63,966 nucleotides of DNA, filler included, from Hyphochytrium catenoides (GCA_900088475.1; 14 parts of 14 records of this genome joined end to end with filler, not necessarily neighbours in it), one strand, 5' to 3'. Counted from the first letter of the whole stretch, positions 45,891 through 59,793 are shown. The notes: generated by a model from the letters alone, not told the origin. A program made the numbers and translations.

Positions 45891-48333
45891 CTAGAAGTTT
45901 GCCAGGTCGCCTTCTCGGACTCCTCTGGCAGAGGCATTGGATTGCTGATAACAACAGAGGAGAGAGCGTTGTAAGAGAGATGCAGGTGTGGCTGAACGAG
46001 GGCGATGAAAGAAATAGATTGAGAAGCACGATCAGATCGGTGTTCATAGCTCTAAAGCGGTAAACGCGAGCAGCAAAATCTATCATAAAAGAATAGCAAT
46101 AGACAAAGACATATAGGAGAACAGGGAAGTTGCTTACGTTAATTAGAGTCTCGACCTGGCTAGCCGCCGCCTCCGAGAGCCCGTACTTGGACTTCAGCAA
46201 TCCAGCAGCTTCGCTTGAAGATAAGCTCTTCGACCCTGAGGAGAGAGAAGGACGCATGGAGACAAATTATTATTATCTGCTTATATCTAGGGAAGGGAAA
46301 GCAGGGGGAGCTTACCTTCGCCGACAAAGAGAATCTCTGATGGAGCTGCTACGAGGTTATCAGCAGAGACATTCTTGCTGCCAGAAGAGAGCGCAGNNNN
46401 NNNNNNNNNNNNNNNNNNNNNNNNNNNNNNNNNNNNNNNNNNNNNNNNNNNNNNNACATCAACCCGAGGACCGAAAAGAACGGCAAGGAGATACTAATGC
46501 CAAGATTCGAGAGAGATGAGAGCGGTATGAGATAGAACTTAGGCGATTGAGATGGCGCGCACAGGAAGAAGCAGGCTCGCATGCCGAAGGAAGTGCTGTG
46601 TAAGCTGGGGCTCTGGAGTTTGAGGATAAAGTTTGCAGATGAGACTAGAAATAGATACAGACCAAAGATCAGGAAGCATATGCAGGATAGCGACAAGAAA
46701 GAGACGGTACCTGAGGCTCCAAAGACCAGAGCTGTCTTATCTCCATTCCTAAGAACATCTGCTGGAAGTAAGACACCGTCCTGGTAGCCTTGAGCCGCCA
46801 GCAAATGATCAGAGATCTGGAGCACATTCTTCATCAAGCAGCCGAAGGACGGAGATCCAGTAATGACGAGCTTGGCAGGCTCTCCAGCTGGAAGCCAGAG
46901 TGTGTTGCTTTCTGGAGCTTCTGCCTTTGTGGATATGTAGACAACTATATCTCTCGGTGCATCCACCTCCTTGATACGGACCTTCATCTACATCAGGATG
47001 AGAGGACTTAGTAACCAGGACAGAAGACGGAAATGTATAGTAGAAGATGGGAGCAGTCCCGGCGAAGCAGAAAGATAATTGGTAAAGTGAAGCTCTTGAA
47101 CGTGCAAGGAACCGTCGGATGGATTAGAAGGCAAACTAGCTAGATGAGCCGGGAGGATGGGGAAGACGTCACAGCGCAGAGACAGAGGGGAAGAGAAACA
47201 GAGCCCCATGTTGCCTCTTCAATTTACCAGCATCTTTCTGGCCTCCAGCGCATACGCTGGATTGTCACTAATGATCCGAACCCGATGAGTGGCGTCACGG
47301 AAGGAGCCGACTCCTCCATCATGCACAAAGATATCGTCATTACCCATGGACTCCATTAGCTAAGGGAGTCAAAAGTGGACACAGCCCAGTTAGACTGATA
47401 CGACAAGACTGGTAAGACAAGACTAGGCTTATTGGAAATGACGTAGGAGGCACCGAGGAGGTAGAATATGCCCGCGTTGACAGCGCAGAGACTACCGCAA
47501 GAAGACGTTCATTGCGAGAAGGAAGGCGGTAGACAGAATAGATAATTGAATCCCAGCGCCACACTAGGAATGCCAAAGAGCCACCAAGCAGAGCCCAAAA
47601 AGCAGACAGTGTAGTTACGAGAACGAAATGTAGACCTAGCAGGAGTGGGATGGCGAGAGAGAGGCGCATGCAAGCTTGAACACGCGTCCTTTCGGGATGC
47701 ATGCTGTTCCTTTCCACAACGTACATTCTCATAGAACTCTGAGAACTCGATGAAGTCCGCTCCCTCTCCTACTTTCTGCAGTGGAATGTCCTTAGTCCCA
47801 ACCTTCGCCCCAAACTGCTCTAGGAAATCGTCCTTCTGGTAGTTGTACCACGCGTTCTTCTTTGGAGGGATATCGTCTGCGCAGAGGGACCAATTTACGT
47901 CATAGTGATTGCCTGGTCTCTCGTCAGGGAAGACCTGCAGGGTAGCGGAGATTAGAGGAAGTAGAAAGAGACAAAGACCTAGGAACAGAAGGTAGAGCCT
48001 TGGGGGTAGCATAGTGAGCCCGCATGAAGGGTCTAAGTGAAAGAGCCTGGTGCGGTGCGAGGGAACGCGGTGTGCAGACTGAAAGGGTAGATATCAGTTG
48101 AGAGGAAAGAAAGGAAAAATGGAAGGGGCAGTCTATGGTCTCTCTCTTGAACAAGGATTATGCAGACTCACATCGACATCACGTCTGCTGGTGAGATCAA
48201 GAGTAGAGAGCTGCCTAGACGTGGAGACAATGGGAGCAGCCCTGCGGAGAGAACGCGTAGAAGCAACTCCGCTAGCGCCAGCCGTCCGTCTGGCTGTTGC
48301 CACTACGAGAGAGATGGTCCTTCGAGCCGCCAT
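45891..48333 (-). CDS. Short PEPCK(ATP)-like protein with mitochondrial-type presequence, about 7 exons (one overlaps an N gap)
   Basis: Arg/Ser/Ala-rich, acid-free N-terminus. The exon DIFVHDGGVGSFRDATHRVRIISDNPAYALEARKML and the segments GVLLPADV...GDKTALVFGASG and NLVAAPSEILF follow the PEPCK-ATP fold order. Last exon QSNASARGVREGDLANF*. Confidence 0.65.
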
Positions 48334-49282
48334 TTGCTTTTTTACCTAGTCCTGAATATGATCCCTCTCCTGTGCCTCTCTAGGCTTTTCACCCCAACCT
48401 CCGGATCTTGCTCTGTTGTGGCTCTCTCCTGATAATCTCTCTCTGGAGCTTCGCCTGACAGTGTGGGCAGGCGATGTCTCCGTCTGGGCCGATTATGAAG
48501 TCGCCGAGCCGCGCTGCAGATGCTGTCAGACAGAGACACAGAGATCTGCGTATTGGAGAAGAGAATTGACGGCGTGGAGCTTTTAGATTCTTGTGTGCAG
48601 TTTGCCCGCACCATGTCTCATTCTCTCTTGTCCCTCCCTCTCTCAGGCTCATTACAAGTATTATTACCTAGGTTATATCTCTCTCTGTCTCTCCCGCCCG
48701 ACCACTCTGGCGCGGTCCGTGCTACAGACACAGTCAATCCAATTGAGCCCCAGGAATTTCTTGACCCCAAGCGAATAACAAAGAACGCCTATGATCCTGT
48801 AGCACAAGACTTAGCTTTCATGGGACTTTCCTAAGTATGGGGAAAAGATGAGCCTTCAGTCTCTACCAGAACTCCCCCCGGACTTGAGGTTGATTGGTAT
48901 TTGGCGAGCGGCAGCATCAGAAGCCGGGAAGCCGCAGCACAGACAGAAAATCATCAAAGTAGGCGCAAGGGGCAAAGGGACGAGCCAGAGAGATGATGAT
49001 CGATGATGTCTCGCGTAGTAACGCTGATGGTTCCCTTGCCAGGCTGTTGACGATAGTCTTGGGCGCGCTCACCTCATAGAGGACGCCTTAGCCAGCCTGT
49101 CCAAGGCAAAGAAGCTCTACTAGAGAACATCAACGTTCGACTGTGAGCGAAGTACCCGGAGGAGGTCAATGAAGCTGTGTAGTTAGGTGAACAACTGGTC
49201 AAGAAGCAAGGCTGGGTCAGAGCTTTGCTTTGAACAGCTAGCAATAACAAGGGCAGAGACGCAAGCGTAAGCGAGGGGAAGG

Positions 49283-50503
49283 ATGCTCTTCTGTCCTTGG
49301 TGCGGTAATCTCTTGCTGGTTGATAGCGGGGTATGTACGTTGCACAATCAACCTCACGACCGCCCTCCCGCAGTGCTTGTTATTTAATTCCGCCGACAGC
49401 CTGGCTTTTTTGGACTCTCCTACGTCTGTCTACACATGGTATCTTTTCCTCCGTCTCTTCCTATTCCTCTGCCTCCCTTTCACCCTCTGTCCCTTCCCGT
49501 TACCGGGATGCCTCCTGTTTCTGTGCATCCCAGCGCCAGGAAGTCTCATGAGATTTTGACGCTTGTTCTGGGTAATAGGCAACCAGCATGCGATTCTACT
49601 GTCAAACCTGCCCCTACATCTCTGCCATTCAGGACAAGGTACTTCGTAGTCTTGCAGTCTTACTACCCAGCATTATGGGCCTGCATGTTCTCCCTGCCCT
49701 GTCAATCCTTTTGGCGATCTATCGTATCACTCGTACTCTTCTCCTCCTCTCTCATCACAGAACAGTCTTCTCTGCTGTCTCTCAATGACATCTCCCTTAC
49801 TTAGACGTTGCTGTCTGTCTCTCTTGTGTTCGGTCTTCTGTCTTCTTGATCTATGGACTCCTCTCGAAGCTTATCTCGACTCCATTCCACTCATTCCTCT
49901 CACATGGAGTGTATGCCTCCAGTCACCTCTCCATCAGTATCTCCTGTCATACGTGTCTATACCCATCTTTCTTCCTTCTGTCTGTCACCTTCTCTCTCTT
50001 CCTCTAAAGGATCCCCTCTTTCCTGCTCTCGGTTTTTGGCCCTAACGGTTTGTCTCTGGCTCCATTGAGAAGTGCTCTTAGAGCTTTGGCTTTGCAAAGA
50101 CTTCAATAACCCTTTCTGTGCCACTTTTGGCTCTTGCATCAGGTCTCAAAAAAAGTGCCTCTGCAGCGTAAGCAGGTTGACGATGTTCTTGGAGGCGATA
50201 GCGCCTGGGAGAATGTTGACCAAACAGATGGTAACGTTTCCCCCGCTATCATTTCCCTTCGGTTGTTCCCCTCACGGTTTCCACGAGAATTACCTCTGCT
50301 ACGTCTTGTCATTGCATCCTTCTCTATCTGTGTTGCATCGCATCTTGGCACTAACCCAGGACTCTTACACGATATATTCAGCGCGATGTCCATATTGCGA
50401 GAACAATAAGGCGTACTTTATGCAAGTGCAGATCAGGTCTGCGGATGAACCTACTACCACTTTCTACCGCTGTGTGGAGTGTAAGAAGCAATGGAATGAC
50501 TAG
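49283..50503 (+). CDS. RPC11: RNA polymerase III subunit RPC11 (POLR3K), 4 exons
   Basis: MLFCPWCGNLLLV...RFYCQTCPY...KQVDDVLGGDSAWENVDQTDARCPYCENNKAYFMQVQIRSADEPTTTFYRCVECKKQWND*: two zinc ribbons and the QIRSADEP motif. Confidence 0.96.
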
Positions 50504-51085
50504 AACTACCCAAGAGGCCCGCAGCTGACATGGCATGACATGACGCACAAAAGAGATCTTGAAGACTATAGACGGAGCAGAATGTAGCTCGAGAGTGTAG
50601 ATTGCCATATTTCTGCTTATTCTTATCTATTTATTGCGATGGCTATGGCAATATCACAGATCTCGGGAAGAGCAACACGATCTGACCCTAAGACTAGGAG
50701 ACGTCTAGCAGTGGATAGAACCCTTGCCGTTGTCCTGAATGTCCGTACGGGATTGAGCACGCAATTATCCTTCTCTTTGAGTATCGTAAGCTAGAGGGAT
50801 CTAACACCAATAGCCAGGTGCAGACATTAAGGGCAGGAAATCAAACGAATGGGACGGAAGAAGCTCGACATTGCCAACAATCGGCATCCTTATTTAAATA
50901 TACACCCCGTCCCATCTACAAGCGTCCCACATGAGGTTGCGTCCAGAAGCAGTACAGAAAGAGACCCAAGAAGGATGCCCATCTGGAGATTATAAGTGAA
51001 AGCAAAGTATGTCTTAAGGCACAAGTCAAGGGGACCTGGGACCAGGAGAGACAGATAGAGAGGCTATGAACAGCGAAGGAAGATA

Positions 51086-51392
51086 CTACTCAGTAGCTGG
51101 TGCAGTCGGAGCAGCATTGTCAACCGCAACTAGCGGAGGCTTTTGTGTCCAACCCATTTCTCGGCTGAGGTGAGCCAGTCTTCTATTCATACAATCATAG
51201 TCAGCCAGCACTCCTGCGTGCATGTGGTTACTGTGCATCCAACAGCACTTGCAGCCAGAAAGCGATGAGGACGGGGGATCCTCCCACCAATTCCGGACGG
51301 AGAGCACTCTCTGCCGGGCGATAGTCTGACCAAAGTGCACAGCTTCGGCTATAGTAAGCTTAGGACAACGATCCAAGTGGAGCTCCTCCAGG
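51086..51392 (-). CDS. C-terminal fragment of a cysteine-containing LRR (F-box/LRR-like) protein
   Basis: The frame is open from the contig edge and begins LEELHLDRCPKLT, an LRR_CC consensus. Only one repeat is visible. Confidence 0.45.
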
Positions 51393-53897
51393 NNNNNNNN
51401 NNNNNNNNNNNNNNNNNNNNNNNNNNNNNNNNNNNNTTAATTAATTAANNNNNNNNNNNNNNNNNNNNNNNNNNNNNNNNNNNNNNNNNNNNAGAGAGAG
51501 AGAGAGAGAACATGGAGGCCACCTCGAAGTCTGGAAGTGGCAGTGCTTTGAGAAACTTTTGTCTCTTCTGACCAGATCCTATTCCGGACCTCTCACCCAT
51601 AATACCCTTTACCAACACCCATAATTAGTATCTGCCTTAACACTAAGATCAATACTTTGTGGATAATGGGTCACGCATGGGTAAACCCTTACCCTAAAAA
51701 CCTCTAAAGTTTTTCTTGGCGTTTGATTGGATTGTTTAGCCGTGTTATGGTAACTTTTGGCCAATGAGGTGATGCCAAGACTGTTTGGGTACAATTACAG
51801 AAACTGATAGGTATTATGGCTGTGACCCGTATTACCTACATAGAAGATAAGGGATACCGAGAATATTCCGCCCTGCGGAATGACCTTTGTTCCTTCGCTC
51901 CCTTCCCCTCCTCCCCTTTTGCAGCCTCCAAGCTGTTCTTTTTCCTGCATTGTGGCGTTTGGGCCATATCTCTATGGAAGCCTGAGAAATGATAACAATA
52001 ACATCCTGCTACTCTGTCTAGCACACTTCCGTGCTGTCTATCAACTCAAGAAGTTTCTGTTCATCTCCGAACAGACCGTTACTGGCTACTAGGCAAGAAC
52101 TCTGTCTCTCTCTCCGTCTCTCTCTCTCTCTCTGTCTGTCTATCTCATCTCTCTCTCTCTCCCTCTCTCTCCCTCCTTCTCTCTCTTCCCTCTCTCTCTC
52201 TCTCTCTCACTATTCCCCTGTCTCTTCCGCTCTGGCTCTTGCTCTCTCTCTCTCTCTCTTCCCTTTCCTTTCCTTCTTTTTCTCTTTCTCTTCCCTCTCT
52301 CTCTTTGCTTTCCTCAAGAGATCGATGATCAATGACTTGAGATGAGCTGGCAGCGGCTCGACAGACCCAGCAACCAAGCCTCAGAGCTCTGCTCCTGACA
52401 GCTCACGCAAGCATCGCAGAGGGTAAAGAGAATCTCAAGCTGCTTCTGAGTCATCATCCTATCATCCATCGTCAGTCCTGTCTCCTCCTTGCTGGACAAT
52501 CCATCAGATGATTTTATGAGAGGTTGCTTCTGAAAGATCTCATCAAGAGGAAAGAAAGAGAGAGATGTCTGGCTGCCTGACTTGCTTCATCTGCACAGCT
52601 CACACTCTTAGAACGATGCCCGCATCTTCCTCGTTCTCAAGACTCAAAAAGATGCTGGATAGTAAGTCGATGGTGGCCAGAGCTCAAGAGCAGCCACGTC
52701 CCTCTACCTTTTCTGTAAGTGATTCCAGTCCTCTGTACTTGGGCAAAGAAGGAACCTCACTGTCGGCTGGAATGTCTGCTCAGTGTGCATAGTACCACGA
52801 TTAGGAGCCACTGCTACTGATGTCTGGACAGCACTTTCCCTTCATCCTGATAGTCCCGCCAGTCATATAAGACTCGCGGCAAATGTTGTTAGGACCTGAT
52901 AGCCAGCTGAGAATCTGGTGAGCGGCGAGCCTTGGAAAGTGGTGTCCATCATCCGCGTTTGCTGAGGCACTGGGCAGGGTATACACGCCAAATCGAAGGC
53001 AACTAAGAAGGGATCATAATCAGCACGTTCCCTGGCACAGGCTCAATAGCTCGAAAAGCTTAAACCATAGCTTATGCCCCCTGATAATGATAGCAACCTC
53101 GTTCTTGTTCATGCCTGGCTCTTACTTCTTCTACTCCGGCTCTGGCGGTATGCGACCAGGGCATCGGGTTGAGAGAAGGATCACGGCATGAAACGAGGTA
53201 TTAATGGCTTTATGTAACTTGGCTAAACTGTCACGTCTTGCTCTCCTTCCTAGTGCGATAGACGAAGATGAAAGAGCGTGCTAGTTGTCTCTATTTTTAT
53301 ATGGGCCAAGGAAAGGCAATGACAGTCTGAGCCACAAAAATCCTTGCCGCGACGCGGAGGAAGAAGCATGGATAATCACGAGGGCAAAAAGGCGATAAGA
53401 CAAGCGCCAGGACAGAACAAACATGATAAGGTCTATGTAGAGCAAGGTCAAAGGAGAAGAAGAGCCGCCACAAGGCAAAGCAGTGTTCTCCTTGAGAGGA
53501 TCTCCTTTGTCTATCAAGAGAGAGAGGTCCAGAGAGCCTCTTTCCCTCTTCTCTTCCGTCTTTCCACGTCGATAGCTTCATACAGGGGAGGAGGGGCTGA
53601 TCGCCGCCAGAACGACGCTCTTAGCTCAATAAATCTGGCTTGAGCTTCCATGCAAGAAGCTCGGATCGATGGCATGAGTAGTTTCTCCCTATAAGTGATA
53701 CAGCTGGTGCTTCGGCTGACTTTCTCTTCTCAGTCCTCGCGCTAGCGGCGTCCAAATAACTCCTCCTTCTTCCTCACATTCTCTCTCCATTTCGAACTGG
53801 AAGAAGTGAGAGAGCATCATGCCAATGACTAATAGGCGAAACAGGAACTATTCTATCCGCTACAGCCTTAGCTTCCACCATCACCGTCCCGCGTAGT

Positions 53898-54377
53898 CTA
53901 GTAAGAAGATCGGAGGACAAGCAGTCGATGAAGCACGGCCATTGCTTCTCTGTTTTGAGCCGCCTGAGCTACCGCTATCAGTAGCTCGTGGGTCTCGCTG
54001 TCAGGAAAGAGAGATAAACGAGTGGCAGCGTCCATCTTGCCTTGCCTTACGATGCCATAGAAAAGTTGCCGAAGCCCCTGCTCATCGGGAACCACAGAGT
54101 ATCGCCTCAGCTTCTCCTCAGGAGAAAGAGAAGAATACTGCGACTTCATGCGGTCGTGATAGGCGTGGATCTCCTCTGGCACGTTGATGATTCCATAGCG
54201 GAAGAATCGCTGAAGAAGGCTAAGGTCTGAGGTCTCTATGGCCCTGCTGAGCTCTGATCCAGAGACAAAGTCCCAGTCCGAGAGAAAGCGCGCAAAGTCT
54301 TCGCCTTCTTGTCCTCTTCTTCCACCTCCAGCAGCGGCTGCTCTCCTTCTTACTGCTCTGACTTGCTGCTGCTTCAT
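53898..54377 (-). CDS. Hypothetical protein (159 aa)
   Basis: ATG-initiated ORF with non-repetitive, helical globular composition. No motif recognised; it may belong to a decayed locus. Confidence 0.4.
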   Translation of the reverse strand: MKQQQVRAVRRRAAAAGGGRRGQEGEDFARFLSDWDFVSGSELSRAIETSDLSLLQRFFRYGIINVPEEIHAYHDRMKSQYSSLSPEEKLRRYSVVPDEQGLRQLFYGIVRQGKMDAATRLSLFPDSETHELLIAVAQAAQNREAMAVLHRLLVLRSSY

Positions 54378-55784
54378 CCTATTTGCCTCTTTCTATCTAT
54401 CTGTTGACGTGCAGATCTTTCTTCTGTCTCGGTCTCTGCCAAACTCTTTAAAGCTTGAAAATGCGGTCTTTATCCCTCTCTTCTTAGAAGTGACAAGAAA
54501 GATGCCGTTGAAATATTAGCGTTAACACTCCGTTCCGTCTCAGAATGGGACAAATGGGAAGTGGCCCTATCTACTAAGAGGAGACTGTCTACATCGGCGC
54601 CATCGGGCACGAAAGAGAGAAGCAGAGAAAAGAGAGAATGCATATTGCCTCCCTCTCTTCTCCCCCCTCTCTCCCCCTTTTCCCGTTGCGCCTATCTCCC
54701 AGACTGCTCCCAGCTGAGCTGGAGGAGAGAGAAAGGAGCTCAACTCTCTTCTGTCACTTTTTCCTCGCATTCTTTTTGATGTCTGCTGATCACTTTTGCC
54801 CCTCTCTCTCTCTCTCTCTCTCCTCCTTGTATCGCCGATATCCTGATCTATTCAGCCTGCAGAAACTCCCAGTTTCCCCATTCCGCTTCTTCTTGCTTGT
54901 TGTCCCACTCTCTCTTCCATTAGCTAGCAGTGCCATACGGAGCGCAGTCCATTGAGAGGGTAGCAACACCTGCTGGACCTTCCTGGACCGCTAGCGTCAG
55001 TGCTAACGATAGAAGCAGCAGTCGGGAGAAGAGAAGCGGACAGAAGATGGAGAGAGAGAGTGACATAAGGTAGAAAAAGGCAAAAGGGACTGCACAAAGC
55101 GGAGGGAGAGAGAGAAGCAGGACGAAGCGCAATCAACGGATTGCCTTGGCTGCTTGCAAGTGCAGGTTCTAGTGTCAGCCAGCCAATCCAACGCTCTGTC
55201 ACGTGCTCGTCGGACTCTTTGGTCCTAAGGATTCTGCTTTTCTAGGTGACGGGCGAACGACAAAAGAGAGAGAGAGAGAGAGAGTGGATGTGGGGAAACG
55301 AGCAAAAGGGAGAGAGAAGAAGAGCGAAGGGAGAGGAGAAAAAAGAATCCTGCTGCAGCTGCTTTCAGAGCCCTTTTGTCCCTCCTGCCTCGCCCCTTTG
55401 TCCTCGTGTTAGCTCTGCTTCTCTTGCTTCTTGCTGCTTCTGCTGCTGGTGCAGTGCATGTGAAGATCCACACAGCTGCAACCAGCAGCCAACTGCGGGG
55501 CGAAGAGGGAAAGGGAGGGAGAGAGACAGAGAGAGAGACGAGAGACACAAACGTTAGACATAAACGTGTAGAGATAATCCAAACGCTTCCATAAAAGAGG
55601 ATATCGTATGAGACAGAATGCGGGAAATGGTGGTGGAGAGAGAGAGAGAGCGAGAGAAAAGAGTGAGAGAGAGAGAGAGAGAGANNNNNNNNNNNNNNNN
55701 NNNNNNNNNNNNNNNNNNNNNNNNNNNNTTAATTAATTAANNNNNNNNNNNNNNNNNNNNNNNNNNNNNNNNNNNNNNNNNNNN

Positions 55785-57607
55785 CACCGCTGGGATAGGA
55801 TTGGGGTAGGCATCAAGTAGGTTGAAGCGCTCCAAGATCTCGGTAATATACTTCGACTGCCGAAGGTATATCTCCTAGCAGCTCGATCCCGCTTTACTTG
55901 GATGCCCAAGTAGTATTCTAACTCCCCCAGATTGGTGATGGAGAAACGAGCAGACAGCATAGTCTTGAGACCTGCAATTTGCTCGGTGGTGGGAGCTAAG
56001 AGGAGCATGTCATCAACGAAGACGCCGACGATCTCAAGGTCTCAGGTCTCGAAGAGTGGCGCTTGACGTATACCCCAAAGTCACAAACGCTGCGCTGGAA
56101 CCCTTGCTCAATCAGATAATGGTGCAGCGTGTCATCCCACATCTTGGGGCTCTGGCGGAGACCATATATCGACTTCTTCAACCTCCAGACGTGATCTTCT
56201 TGTCCAGGGGTTGCAAATCCCGGTGGTTGACGCATGGTACACCTGCTCGTCGAGATTACCGTTCAGGAAGGCGGTCTTGATATCGACGTGATGCAGTTCT
56301 AGGATCCAGCGTTGCGGCGAGCGAGAGAAGGCAGCGGACAATGTCATGCCCCATCACTGGAGCAAAGACCTCGCTAAAGTCAATACCTTGCTTCTGTCGA
56401 TTGCCGAGAGCGACTAGACGGGTCCCTTGTACTTGTCCACTGAGCCAAATGCAACTTGACCCTAAAGATCCAATGAGAGCCGATAAGATGAGCGCCGGGA
56501 GGTGGGGGCACTAGATCGTAAACCTCATTGGACTGCATTGATGTAAGCTCTGAGGTAATGGCGGCTAGCCATTCTGTGGCATGAGGTCCAGAGAGTGCCT
56601 CGCGGACTGTTTTCGGTTCAGAGACATGCAGAAGATTAGCCTGGCCTACTGGAAAAGAGAGAGAGGAGTCTTCTTGTAGCAGTCTATCGATCACGACCAC
56701 GAGTGATAGGACCGGGTGGAGAAGTGATTGTGGTCGGAGAGGAGGGAGTAGAAGCTGCGGGATGATCTTCGCTTTCGTCGAGCGAGCTCGTCTCCGTCCC
56801 ATCAGCAACGTTGCTCTTTGGCTCCGGCCCCAGACAGTCATTGGTGGGTTCCTCTGGACTTGCTTCGTCAGCAGAAGGTTCACTTTCTTTATCTACTTGT
56901 CTCGCTGCACTCGCTTCACCAGTTACTTGCGCTGCTTCAGCGGCAGTTGCTTCTTCGCTCCCTATGATGGGAAACAAAGAGACATAGACAAAATGTTGCT
57001 GCCTTTTGGCCTGTTTGAGTAGAAAGACCCCAGAGCGAGACTCGTCGATACCCACATCACGCCGCACAGAGATAATCTTGGTCAGAGGATCATACAGTCG
57101 ATAGCCATGGGTGCCAGAGTCATACCCTACAAAGATATACCGAGAGCTCCGCGCATCAAGCTTTCGCAGCATCGTCGACGGCTTTAAAGCATACGCAAGT
57201 GAACAAAGACGCGCAGATGACCAATATCAGGCGGCTTGCCATACCACTTTTCGTAGGGGGTAGAGCCATCGAGTGAAGCAGTAGGACCGCGATTGATCAC
57301 ATGAACTGCGGAGGCCAATGCATCTGCCCAAAAAAAACGGGGTAGGTCAGTAGCAATCAGAAGGCATCTCGTCGCCTGCATGACAGTTCTCATCCAGCGT
57401 TCACAACAGCCGTTGCTAGAGGGGGAATAAGCGGGTGTAGGAGAGTGCAGGATGCCGGGGCGAGAGCACACTTTGTGTGCAGCACTGCTAACGAGCTCTC
57501 CCCCGCGATCGGGGCGTATCTCCTTCAAGCGCTCACCCGTCTCGTTCTCCATGAAAAGAAAGAGCTCCTCCAACTTAGCTTCTGCTTCTCCTTTGCTCCG
57601 AAGAAAT
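55785..57607 (-). mobile_element. Degenerate Ty1/copia pol fragment (integrase followed by RT)
   Basis: Integrase IRPDRGGE...TPAYSPSSNGCCER...LPRFFWADAL, then [54 protein letters not shown] and FSITNLGELEYYLGIQV. INT-RT order defines copia. Several frameshifts. Confidence 0.93.
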
Positions 57608-59385
57608 NNNNNNNNNNNNNNNNNNNNNNNNNNNNNNNNNNNNNNNNNNNNTTAATTAATTAANNNNNNNNNNNNNNNNNNNNNNNNNNNNNNNNNNNNN
57701 NNNNNNNGGAAACATAGGTGTTTGCAAGCAATTTTTATAAGTGTAGTTTTCGTTGATCGAGCGTGGTGCATTGATTATGGAATGAAAGAATGATTGGAAA
57801 CCATCGATTGTGGAAACGAAGCGTGCAGATTTGATTTATGGATTCGGGATGAATGAGAGAAAAGGAGGAGAAGTGGTGAATGTTAGGAAGTGATCGGTGG
57901 GAAGGGGGAGATTATCGAGGATTGCTTCATCAACAGAGTCCGATTCAGAGTTCGGGTGGGAGGAGCGAGTGTGGTTGTGTTGAGGCCGAAGAGGTGCAGT
58001 GAAGAGACCATTGTTGAGATCGGAGAATTGGAAGACTATGATTGCTGCTGAATAACTTATTACATGTTGCTGATGGACTTGCTAAGTTTCGCGTCAGTGA
58101 TGGCGTATGAAGGTTTGAATGGTGATGTATGATGGAGTAGTGGTGTGAGAAAATTGGGGAAAGGGGGAAGAAAGCAAATGGGGCATTGTCAGGAACTGAT
58201 GGAAGGAAGAAAGAATGAATGACTGTAGGCCGGCAAATACGAAAGCTTTACTCATTAGAAGTTTGTTTGCATCTTCTCTGGAAGCCAGTTCTGTGGAAGG
58301 TGATTTATTGCACGCACCGATTTCCGTTGCTTGACTCTTCTCCGGCGGTCTTTAGTAGAATGACGCCTGTAATGAAGAAAAAGAAGAAGCAAGGTCAGAG
58401 TTTAATCTGGGGGATTTGTTCAATCATAAGACGTCTTAGCTGTCCGGCGGGCTGTAGGAGGTCTAACCTTCTGCATTGTTGTCTCATCGTTGATGGGGCT
58501 GCAACCTCAGCAGGTTAGAGATCGTGTTGAAATCTAGTTCGATTGCTAATGTCAGAAGTGGTGGTGGGGCTTGTATTGCTCACATCTGAGTGCTTACTAA
58601 CAGCGGCTGCTTATTAGTGAAAGTGTGGGCCGGCTATGGATGTCGATAAGCAGCTGATGGCAAGCACTCTCGCCTCGATCGAGCCGAATCATTTGGTAGG
58701 GATCTAGTGACCTGTCGTTGTTCATCTATATACTGGGGACTGGTGGGGGCGCGGCAGCATGATGATGATGTATCTCAGGGGCGCGGCATTTTTTCTTCAT
58801 CCTCCAACAAATAATCGATGAAGACAGCACACAACATCATTACAGTACAGCCAAGATGATGACGAACGCTAGCTGGAGACTGGAGCGAGCGAGATCGATG
58901 ATGCCATCACAAGTGGAGCGATCGTCGTTGGGTGGTATTTCCAAGGATTGATTCTCCGTNNNNNNNNNNNNNNNNNNNNNNNNNNNNNNNNNNNNNNNNN
59001 NNNTTAATTAATTAANNNNNNNNNNNNNNNNNNNNNNNNNNNNNNNNNNNNNNNNNNNNGAGAGAGAGAGAGAGAGGAAGAGAGAGGGAGAGAGAGAGAG
59101 AGACCAAGGAGAGAAAGCGAAAAAGAGAGAAGAGAGAAGGACCGAGGAGAGAAAGAGAGAAAGAGAGAAAGAGAGAAAGAGACAAAGAGAGAAAGAGAGA
59201 GTTGATGTTTGGATCTTGTGCCGCTTCATCTTCCACAAGATCAGATAGTTTAATCAGTCTCTTGATAATCAAGAGCACCAGTTATATCGAATGATCCAGT
59301 ATCTTTGGGGAACACTGGACTTTGGGACTTGGAATGTGAGAGAGAGGAAGAGGAGGGATGAGTTTGTGGTCCAGAGACCACTTGG

Positions 59386-59388
<3 letters not shown>

Positions 59389-59460
<72 letters not shown>

Positions 59461-59520
59461 CTCTCTCCTCTTTCTCTCTCTCTTCTCTCTCTCTCTCTCC
59501 TCTCTCTCTCTCTTTCTGTC
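59389..59520. repeat. (CT)n microsatellite, one of the longest of many CT/GA tracts
   Basis: Near-perfect CT run followed by degenerate CT. Similar tracts occur at 1217-1257, 11055-11100, 23008-23051, 45146-45184 and 61967-62010, and at most contig ends. Confidence 0.95.
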
Positions 59521-59793
59521 TAATTATCCCTTTCTCTCTATTCGCTATTTCTTCGTTTCCAGCTCTTTTCCCCATCTCTCTCTCTCTGTCTTTTTTTACA
59601 TATCTCTCTCTCTCCGTGTCATCTCTTTCTTTGTGGGTCTGCCTGAGTCCCAGGGAGATCAGCCCACATCCATCATCATTGTAAAAGTCTCTGCAGAAGG
59701 ATCGCTTCTGAGAGAAGTGCCCACAGAATCTCTTTTGTCAGTTGAAGAAAAGGAAAAGAGAAAGAGACTCAATCTTAGGATTCCGAAGGCGCA

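Noticed and set aside
57708-58959. Compositionally distinct contig, possibly a LINE or other TE remnant
   Set aside because: No RT, endonuclease or gag motif found in the frames I read.
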